From an uncultured bacterium (lineage in GTDB: Bacteria; Patescibacteriota; Patescibacteriia; CAIQCM01): a stretch of DNA of 64,000 nucleotides. The notes beneath the pieces were generated by a model. It saw only the letters and a program-made list of their open reading frames with translations. It did no database searches and was not told where the DNA came from. The stretch is taken from the NCBI GenBank assembly GCA_963708045.1, contig OY970181.1, forward strand, positions 3,740 to 67,739. The letters are read 5' to 3'. Both the position numbers and the translations under genes were made by a program. Position 1 is the stretch's first letter; every line of letters begins with the position of its first letter. Shown one piece after another: positions 38,599-45,679 of the stretch.

Positions 38599-39628
38599 TT
38601 CCGTCTATGTCGTCATATGTCAATCCCAACTCTTTGGACGCCACATGGATTGCTTGGAGTTCAATTTGGCGAACCCGTTCGCGAGTTATTTTAAAACGAT
38701 GCCCGATTTCTTCCAACGTTAATTGCTCGCATTCACCCAGACCGAAACGCAAATACATAATCGCTTGGGTTCGCCGACCCAACCGCCCAAACACCGCCTC
38801 AATGCGATCTAGCGCCAAAAGATTTTCCCGAAGCAAGCGACTGGCTTCAACAATTGTTTCCGGATCAGCTGACGGATCGCCCAAAACATCGCCGTAAGTA
38901 TCGCCACCCTCACCCTCATCGCCCTGCAGCCGCCGATTGAGCGACCAGTACTGTTGGATTATGTAACGCATACAGCTTGCTACCTGGCGCAGGGTTATCT
39001 GCTCATTCATCTTTCCGCCAGAGCCTCTGATTCTCGTGCATATCTGCATTGGATCAGGAAGCACTCCGCACGCTTTGTAATAATCCTCCATCGCTTTTCC
39101 AATCGTAAAAAGCGTATCTTGCAGATGGACAGGAAAACGCATCGGACGAAGTTGGCTCGTGTTTCTTATGGCTCTCGTAATCCCTTGTCTGACCCACCAA
39201 ACTGCGTAGGTGGCAAACTTGAATCCGCGTTCACACTCGTACTTTTCTGTCGCCCTCATTAGTCCAATGAATCCAGCCTGAAGCAAATCAGAAAACGAAA
39301 CGCCGCAATTTGGATACTTTTTAGCGATGTATACAACCAGCTTCATTGACCGAAGCAAGATAGTGTCGCGGATTCTTCTCTTCTCCACTTCGGACGAAGC
39401 CGCGTGCATTCGCGTAAACAATTGAACTTGTTCTTCGCGATCATCCAAAGTTGGGAGACCGCGCGCCGATGACAAAAATGCCGTCACCTCGCTTCTATCT
39501 GGGCCGCAAATTTGCGCTACCGCACTTTCAACATCACTAAAATCTATTTCTTCATTACCAACCTCAAGCTCGCTAGGCACCAAGTCGTCTAAAACAAGAT
39601 CGGTAAGTTCAGCAAGATTGTTTCCCAT
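38543..39628 (-). CDS. RNA polymerase sigma factor, sigma-70 family (RpoD-like regions 2, 3, 4)
   Basis: Region 2.x FSDLLQAGFIGLMRATEKY and YAVWWVRQGITRAI, and region 4.2 TLEEIGHRFKITRERVRQIELQAIH. Acidic N-terminal region. 361 aa. Confidence 0.75.
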   Translation of the reverse strand: MGNNLAELTDLVLDDLVPSELEVGNEEIDFSDVESAVAQICGPDRSEVTAFLSSARGLPTLDDREEQVQLFTRMHAASSEVEKRRIRDTILLRSMKLVVYIAKKYPNCGVSFSDLLQAGFIGLMRATEKYECERGFKFATYAVWWVRQGITRAIRNTSQLRPMRFPVHLQDTLFTIGKAMEDYYKACGVLPDPMQICTRIRGSGGKMNEQITLRQVASCMRYIIQQYWSLNRRLQGDEGEGGDTYGDVLGDPSADPETIVEASRLLRENLLALDRIEAVFGRLGRRTQAIMYLRFGLGECEQLTLEEIGHRFKITRERVRQIELQAIHVASKELGLTYDDIDGIVDRIDRLGKVVASVYAR

Positions 39629-39751
39629 TGTTTCCCCCTCCGCCCAAATGGACGGTTAAGACGTTTAAATTACTGCAAATTGTAAACGAACTATCGCAAA
39701 AATATACTTGTGAAAAGTATTTTTGTCAATAAGCGCTCTCACGCGGTTTGT

Positions 39752-40387
39752 TTATGAAAAAAACTTTAGGGTAAAACTAATGGCCGAAGAAAAAAGTGTC
39801 CCGAAGATATTTATACCCATAAGCCCATCTAAAACTATAATTAAAAGCAAAATAAGCGGGCCGCGCGTTTCTAGGTTGTAGCGGAATTTTTGATAACGCG
39901 GATTCGCAAGGGCGGAAAGAAGAAACTTTGACCCATCAAGCGGCGGGATTGGAATCAAATTAAAAAGACAAAGAATAAGGTTAATGACGACCAGTAACAT
40001 TAGAAATTCAGTCAGCATATTTCCAAGGGGGAAATTTGGCGCGACTAATTTAAGAACCGTTCCAAAAACAACCACCGATAAAATATTTGAAACCGGTCCG
40101 GCCGCGGCAACAATCGTGCTCCCCCACCTTGGGAAACGAAGGTTGTACGGATTGTACGGCACCGGCTTTCCCCAACCAAAACCAACAAGAACTAGCGCCA
40201 TAAAACCAAAAGGATCTAAATGTGCAAGCGGGTTTAATGTGAGCCGACCCATTCGCTTGGCCGTTTGGTCGCCAAGCAAATGCGAAGCCAAGGCATGCGA
40301 AAATTCGTGTACCGTAAGCGCAATTAAAATCGCCGCCACCCAGGCGACAAAATAGATTGGATTGGTGAAGAGAAGGTTTATTGGCAT
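39752..40387 (-). CDS. Site-2 protease family (peptidase M50) zinc metalloprotease
   Basis: HEFSHA (HExxH) in a TM helix and the downstream NLIPIPPLDG motif. Polytopic membrane protein. Confidence 0.75.
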   Translation of the reverse strand: MPINLLFTNPIYFVAWVAAILIALTVHEFSHALASHLLGDQTAKRMGRLTLNPLAHLDPFGFMALVLVGFGWGKPVPYNPYNLRFPRWGSTIVAAAGPVSNILSVVVFGTVLKLVAPNFPLGNMLTEFLMLLVVINLILCLFNLIPIPPLDGSKFLLSALANPRYQKFRYNLETRGPLILLLIIVLDGLMGINIFGTLFSSAISFTLKFFS

Positions 40388-40471
40388 TTGTTTATTGAAC
40401 TTTTAGCTGTTAACTTTTAACTTTTAATTGACTGATTAAAACCCAATCTTTAGATTACCATAGGCGGACAC

Positions 40472-40500
40472 TTGCACAAAGTTACAAAATATGATATATT
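40472..40500 (+). promoter_or_regulatory. Candidate promoter for rpmB (TTGCAC-17-TATATT), between inverted AACTTTTAAC repeat arms
   Basis: -35 TTGCAC at 40472-40477 and -10 TATATT at 40495-40500. Confidence 0.4.
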
Positions 40501-40562
40501 TGGCTCTACTTAAAACAGTCGTCAAACCTAAAAGTTAAAAGTTAAAAGTTAACACCTAATCT

Positions 40563-40775
40563 ATGTCCAGAAAATGCTCAAATTGCGATCGCCGCTATCT
40601 CGCGAGCGTGAGCCGCAGCCACTCCAACATTGCCACCAAGCGCCGCCAAAATGTTAATCTTCAAGCGCGCCGCGTGGATGGCAAATCAGTCTTGGTCTGT
40701 GCCGCTTGTATCAAAGCCGGAAAAAAGATCAAGAAAGTAAAAGTTGCCAAGGTCGCAAAAGTTTCAAAAAAATAA
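40563..40775 (+). CDS. rpmB: 50S ribosomal protein L28 with KVAK-repeat C-terminal tail
   Basis: MSRKCSNCDRRYLASVSRSHSNIATKRRQNVNLQ matches the L28 N-terminal consensus. Confidence 0.85.
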   Translation: MSRKCSNCDRRYLASVSRSHSNIATKRRQNVNLQARRVDGKSVLVCAACIKAGKKIKKVKVAKVAKVSKK

Positions 40776-40782
40776 ACGTTTA

Positions 40783-40819
40783 AAAAATACCGCCCTTTCA
40801 TCGGGGTGGTATTTTTTTA
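40783..40819 (+). terminator. Intrinsic terminator after rpmB
   Basis: AAAAAATACCGCCC-TTTCATC-GGGGTGGTATTTTTTT. Confidence 0.65.
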
Positions 40820-40833
40820 ATTGTAGAATAATT

Positions 40834-41085
40834 TTAATTCAGACCAGCAATGCCCAAATCTTTTCGTGCTTCCGCCACCGCTTGAAAAGCCTCCTCTTCG
40901 GAAGTAAACGAAATTTCGCCATATACCGTTGCCGCGCTTTCGCCTTTGGTATTTTTGGTTCCCGCGATAGGAAGGCAGGCAACAAACACGCCGTCAATCT
41001 GTTTTATCTCGTAAGGTTCAAGACCGTGGACTGACACAGGTTCTTTTTCTAATTGTTCGCTATACGCAATTTGTTCGCCGCGCAT
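40834..41085 (-). CDS. Small hypothetical protein (83 aa)
   Basis: Clean ORF with non-repetitive composition. No motif recognised. Confidence 0.3.
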   Translation of the reverse strand: MRGEQIAYSEQLEKEPVSVHGLEPYEIKQIDGVFVACLPIAGTKNTKGESAATVYGEISFTSEEEAFQAVAEARKDLGIAGLN

Positions 41086-41136
41086 ATAAATAAATTTTAA
41101 AAATTATTTATTATTAACGATATAATCAATTTTTTA

Positions 41137-41208
41137 TCGGGGCGACAGGAATTGAACCTGCTGTTTCTTGCACCCCATGCAAGCGTGATACCGGTTCACC
41201 ACGCCCCG
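41137..41208 (-). tRNA. tRNA-Pro (anticodon GGG)
   Basis: Minus-strand cloverleaf with CGGGGCG/CGCCCCG acceptor, D-stem GTGA/TCAC, anticodon loop ATGGGGT, T-arm GCAGG-TTCAATT-CCTGT. Confidence 0.75.
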
Positions 41209-41265
41209 ATAAAAAATTGGTTTTTGGTCTGTTAATTTTGTAACTCCAGATTATCCATAAAAATG

Positions 41266-41303
41266 AAAAGAGGCAAGGGTGCGAAACCACCCTTGCCTCT
41301 TTG
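41266..41303. terminator. Strong hairpin terminator (after minus-strand ORF 41318..41878, before tRNA-Pro)
   Basis: AGAGGCAAGGGTG-CGAAAC-CACCCTTGCCTCT, followed by a T-run on the minus strand. Confidence 0.65.
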
Positions 41304-41317
41304 AAAACGGCAGCCGC

Positions 41318-41878
41318 TCACACTGATGCGACAGACTCGCGAACCGGTTCGGAGGAAACAACGCGCTGAAACAGTGCGGGCAAGCCGGTTATGTTGGGCC
41401 GATCACTAGCACAGGCCTCGCTCAATCTATAAGCGACGTAGCCACCCGTAAGATTGACGAATCCCGGCATAGCCAGATACTCGGCAACGCCCGTGATCAA
41501 AATGATTCTCTGAAAACCGAGAACAGCCTCATCAACCGATAGATATGTCGGCGACCTCTCATTTAGATCTGAGAAATTGCGCGGACGAACAACGCTCTGA
41601 TCACGTGAAACGATCAAAATCCGATCGTCACGTCCACACCCCTCCCGATCACCCAAACTCGCCAAATCAGTTAGTTCACCTCCAAGGACAAAAACCGGAG
41701 ACTGGTTCGGCGCTTCGGTTTCAATGCGAGCAATTTTGCAGGTTGCTTCATTATGGCGCCACCGATACTCTTGCCCCGCTTTCTTGGCAAAAACCTCCGC
41801 CATCCGGTGAACGATACTGACTGCCCAGACATCAGACTCGAGACACGCGATCATTAGTTTTTTTGCAGCGTTTTTCAC
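41318..41878 (-). CDS. Hypothetical protein (186 aa), GC-richer than neighbours
   Basis: ORF with a 4-nt overlap with the upstream ORF. No confident domain assignment. Confidence 0.4.
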   Translation of the reverse strand: MKNAAKKLMIACLESDVWAVSIVHRMAEVFAKKAGQEYRWRHNEATCKIARIETEAPNQSPVFVLGGELTDLASLGDREGCGRDDRILIVSRDQSVVRPRNFSDLNERSPTYLSVDEAVLGFQRIILITGVAEYLAMPGFVNLTGGYVAYRLSEACASDRPNITGLPALFQRVVSSEPVRESVASV

Positions 41879-42513
41879 AACGAACCTCCTTGTTGTTCAA
41901 GTGGAGCAGGAATAACTTTTTCAAACGGTTTTCTTGGTTGCGGCCAATTCTTTGCCTTTGCCAAACCACCCAAAAGCGCGATCGCGATTTGTGTGTGGTA
42001 AAGCGAACGGTTTTCAGGACGATCAATATATCCTCGCGATATGTCGTTCACGAGAAAAATATAAGGAAAGTCGTTCAGCCGAAACCCATTACTTTGCGGT
42101 GGAATAAAGAAGTGGGTTAATTCCCCCCTCGCACCTCTCACGTCCGCAACTTCCAACCACTGCCTATGACCGGACGCCAGCGTCAAGTAGAGTACTTCGT
42201 CTCTTGTTAAATCAATATCAAGCGAGCTAAGCGCTGCTCGTTTTTTAACTCCAGTTGCGACTTCAATCAAACGCCCATTCCACACTTCTTTTGAACTACT
42301 AGAATCAATCACCGAAAAACCAGAAACTCTGCCGCCAGCACACCCGTCGCTCGCAATAAACGGCGACCATCTGATTCTTCTAATCCGATGTCTTTCGTGT
42401 CTAGTGTCATCTTCTAGCGCGGCGATTGTCTCGGCGATCAAACGGTCGCCCCAGTGATAAACTAATGCCTTAACCATGTTGCACCCCCAAAACTTTGAAT
42501 TGTTCACGAACAA
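41875..42513 (-). CDS. Hypothetical protein (212 aa), GC-richer than neighbours
   Basis: ORF forming a two-gene unit with 41318..41878. Confidence 0.4.
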   Translation of the reverse strand: MFVNNSKFWGCNMVKALVYHWGDRLIAETIAALEDDTRHERHRIRRIRWSPFIASDGCAGGRVSGFSVIDSSSSKEVWNGRLIEVATGVKKRAALSSLDIDLTRDEVLYLTLASGHRQWLEVADVRGARGELTHFFIPPQSNGFRLNDFPYIFLVNDISRGYIDRPENRSLYHTQIAIALLGGLAKAKNWPQPRKPFEKVIPAPLEQQGGSL

Positions 42514-42736
42514 AAAATCCTCGGCGATCCGAGGAGTTTTGGCACGAAAATTAATTCACGCTAAAACTCCTACGGCCCGAAGATGGTAAAGCAATATTGC
42601 CAAACAAAGTTGGCGCCGGTCGTTCCGTTAGTTTTAATGTGGCAAGTAAGCATATTTTATATATACGCCCTAAATGCTTTTTTGTAAAGACAGTAGGCGG
42701 CGCCCCCCACATCCCATGCTTCTTTATACTTAATAC

Positions 42737-42838
42737 CCCCTCCCATCTTTACGCGACCGCGTAAAGATGGGAGGGGTAAAATATTTTTAAAATAAACTAC
42801 CCCTAAGCAGAGCTCACGGGGTAGTTTATTTAATACTA
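42737..42838. terminator. Two consecutive long perfect hairpins downstream of ndk
   Basis: A 19-bp stem CCCCTCCCATCTTTACGCG/CGCGTAAAGATGGGAGGGG at 42737-42776. A 14-bp stem AAATAAACTACCCC/GGGGTAGTTTATTT at 42797-42838, with the first followed by T-runs on the minus strand. Confidence 0.6.
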
Positions 42839-42853
42839 CAACCTACAAACTGG

Positions 42854-43447
42854 TTATTGTTTCGGCAAAAACCACGTTGGGTCGTACTGCACGCGATCGT
42901 TAACGTGTTCGTACTCATAAAGCTCAACGTCGGAAAACCAGATCGGAATTTCGTATTCAGCTTCTTTGGCATTACCCGAAGCGTGAATCAAATTGCGAAT
43001 CGGACGATTCTGAGTATTAGAAAGCGCATAGCTATCATGCGAAAAGTCGCCGCGGATCGTCCCTGGAGCCGAACCAGCTGGTTCGGTCGCGCCGACAAGT
43101 TTCCTAATGAGCGAAACCGCCGCTTCCCCTTCCCAAACCATCGCGACGATCGGCGCCGACTTTAAAAAATTAACCAATTGGTCTTTAATTGACTTGCCGT
43201 ATGACAAGTGATCAGCAAAAGGAAATTTTTCGCCAAGCGAATCATATTTGGTCTTGGCTTTGGTATAGACACCCATCATCCACTCTTCGGTAAGAGCATA
43301 ATGCTTGTCCACGTCTTCGTGTGATGCGTGAACCATTTTAATCGCCGTGAGCTTAAGACCAACGCGCTCAAAGCGGCCGATGATTTCGCCGATGAGTCCG
43401 CGCTGAACACCATCCGGTTTAATTAAGACGAGAGATTTTTCCATCAT
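42854..43447 (-). CDS. ndk: Nucleoside diphosphate kinase (long form with insertions)
   Basis: LVLIKPDGVQRGLIGEIIGRFE and the active-site His region NLIHASGN. Confidence 0.75.
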   Translation of the reverse strand: MMEKSLVLIKPDGVQRGLIGEIIGRFERVGLKLTAIKMVHASHEDVDKHYALTEEWMMGVYTKAKTKYDSLGEKFPFADHLSYGKSIKDQLVNFLKSAPIVAMVWEGEAAVSLIRKLVGATEPAGSAPGTIRGDFSHDSYALSNTQNRPIRNLIHASGNAKEAEYEIPIWFSDVELYEYEHVNDRVQYDPTWFLPKQ

Positions 43448-43535
43448 ATTCGTTTAACTTTTAACTGTTAACTGTTAACTTTTAGGATCCTTGTCAAACT
43501 AAAAGTTAAAAGTTAAAACTTAAAAGTTAATTAAA

Positions 43536-44450
43536 CTACTTTACCTTCTCGCCCCTAACTTGTAAAGAATAACCATCAGTTATGACAGACACATCGCCAT
43601 CAAGATCGGTTCGGAAATATTTGACACTGGTTTTCTTTAAAAGTTCAAGCACGCGCCAAGTAGGAAAGCCATACATATTTCTCACGCCCAAAGACATTGC
43701 CGCATAAGCAGGCGCAACCGCCGCCAAAAAATTTTCACCGGTAGAATACGCGCTTCCGTGGTGTCCAATTTTTATAAAATCAGCCTTGGGGTTAATGCTG
43801 GACGCGAGTATCTCGTCTTCAACAACCGTTGTCGCGTCACCCATTAAAAGAAAATTTAAATTTTTATATGACAGCATTCCAACAATGGACGAATCGTTTA
43901 ACCCGTCGTTGCTTCCCTTGTGCTTTTTGTCCACGTCAATTTGATTTTCGTAATGCAAAACCTTAAACGACATTTCGCCAACCGCTTCCAGTGAAGCATT
44001 TGAGGGGTTAACAATCAAAATATTTTTTTCTTTGATCGTTGCGTCAAAATCGCGTTGAATCATACTTCCTGAAATCGCATCAGTTTTAAGAATTTTACCG
44101 ACGGAATATTTTTTAATTACCGCATCAAGCCCGGTAATGTGGTCTGAATGCGGGTGGGTTAAAATAATTAGATCAATCGTATTGTCCCCCGCTGGCATTA
44201 CTTCGCCGAGTTTGGCAAGAATAGATGCGTCCGGGCCGCCGTCTATTAAAATTTGCCTGTCGCCGACTTCGGCAAGAATTGAATCACCTTGTCCAACGTC
44301 AAAAACATAAAGACTCATTTCGTCGGGTTTAGGCGGCACTGGCGCGCGCGAACTTATTCTTTCAAGATACGGAACACCAAAAAGGAGCACCCCGCCCATC
44401 GCGGCTGTTAAAAAATAATGACGAAAATTTTTTCTAAAGCGTCGCAACAT
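43536..44450 (-). CDS. ComEC/Rec2-family metallo-beta-lactamase domain protein
   Basis: MBL motif HPHSDHITG and downstream Asp/His ligands. N-terminal TM anchor. Confidence 0.75.
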   Translation of the reverse strand: MLRRFRKNFRHYFLTAAMGGVLLFGVPYLERISSRAPVPPKPDEMSLYVFDVGQGDSILAEVGDRQILIDGGPDASILAKLGEVMPAGDNTIDLIILTHPHSDHITGLDAVIKKYSVGKILKTDAISGSMIQRDFDATIKEKNILIVNPSNASLEAVGEMSFKVLHYENQIDVDKKHKGSNDGLNDSSIVGMLSYKNLNFLLMGDATTVVEDEILASSINPKADFIKIGHHGSAYSTGENFLAAVAPAYAAMSLGVRNMYGFPTWRVLELLKKTSVKYFRTDLDGDVSVITDGYSLQVRGEKVK

Positions 44451-45618
44451 CTTTTTCTTTTATTTTTATATAAACGGCGACTGCAATTAAGCCAGTGGTC
44501 ATTATTATTGCCGCGGCAAAACCGGAAAATAATTGGTTTACGCCAGCAAACGGTAAGCGAGAAAACAATTTAACAAGCGAGAGGTCGTAATTGGTAAAAA
44601 TTTGTGCGACTAAACCAACCAACCTGCCCGCGGGAACAAAAATTAACGACGCTATTGCCGTTAAAAATCCAAAAAACATCGTTACCCCAATAAAAGGCAA
44701 AAGCAAAATATTAGTCGGCAAAGCGACAAACGAAAACCGGCCAAAAACAAAAAGCATTATCGGCAAAGTGGCAAAAGTGGCGGCGGTGGTCGCGACGGCC
44801 ATTTCGCGCAATTTCCATCTTTTAGTTATAAACGAAAACAGCGGCGTTAACGCGGGGCTAAAATATATAAGACCAAACGTGGCGGCAAACGACAAAAGAA
44901 AACCGACATCCGTTCCAATTAAGCGCGGTGAAATTAAAAGCATTGCCGCGGCGGCGACAAATACAGCGCGGCCGGCCTGCGACTCGCGACCAACCGCAAT
45001 GGCAATCATCATTACCATTACCATCACTCCAGCGCGGACAAGCGACGACGGCGCGCCAGTAAGAATTATAAAGATAAGGAGCGTCGCGGCAACTAAAATT
45101 TTTCTTAAAATTTTTCCAAACGGCAGTGACAAAAATATATTGTCCAAAAATTCAGAAATAACCGTCAGGTTCCAACCGGAAAGCGCCATCACGTGAACCG
45201 TCCCCGTCGCGACAAACGCTGCCTTAAGATCGGCGGGCAATTTTCCTTCGCCAACAAGCAGACCATTAATGAACGAGGCATGCGGTTCGGGAAGCGCCAA
45301 AGCAACCGCGTTCATAAAAGTTATTTTAATTTGCGGAAAAAGAACGAAATCTACAGGCACGCCGGACGACAAAAAACGACAAAAACCGCAAGCAAAAAAA
45401 GACGCCATCGCAAAAATAAATCGCCACGTTTTTCCAATCGGCAAAAAGAAAATTACTATTCCCGTTCCAAATGCGCCAATCCAGAAAGGTACGAGACTTG
45501 GAAATGTTTTTTCGGGAAAAAACAACGCACCAAAACAAATGCCAGCCACAAACGAACCAACGGCGAAAATAAAATTAGCCGAGGGCGAGGCGATAATTTT
45601 TAAAAATCCCCCTTTCAT
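44434..45618 (-). CDS. ComEC/Rec2-family competence membrane channel domain protein
   Basis: Polytopic membrane protein with competence-domain-like region. 17-nt overlap with the MBL-domain ORF, so the two together equal a split ComEC. Confidence 0.65.
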   Translation of the reverse strand: MKGGFLKIIASPSANFIFAVGSFVAGICFGALFFPEKTFPSLVPFWIGAFGTGIVIFFLPIGKTWRFIFAMASFFACGFCRFLSSGVPVDFVLFPQIKITFMNAVALALPEPHASFINGLLVGEGKLPADLKAAFVATGTVHVMALSGWNLTVISEFLDNIFLSLPFGKILRKILVAATLLIFIILTGAPSSLVRAGVMVMVMMIAIAVGRESQAGRAVFVAAAAMLLISPRLIGTDVGFLLSFAATFGLIYFSPALTPLFSFITKRWKLREMAVATTAATFATLPIMLFVFGRFSFVALPTNILLLPFIGVTMFFGFLTAIASLIFVPAGRLVGLVAQIFTNYDLSLVKLFSRLPFAGVNQLFSGFAAAIIMTTGLIAVAVYIKIKEKDVATL

Positions 45619-45679
45619 CTTTAAAAGCTAACGGGGACAGACCCCTTATTTAATGCCGATTATGGGGTCTGTCCCCTTG

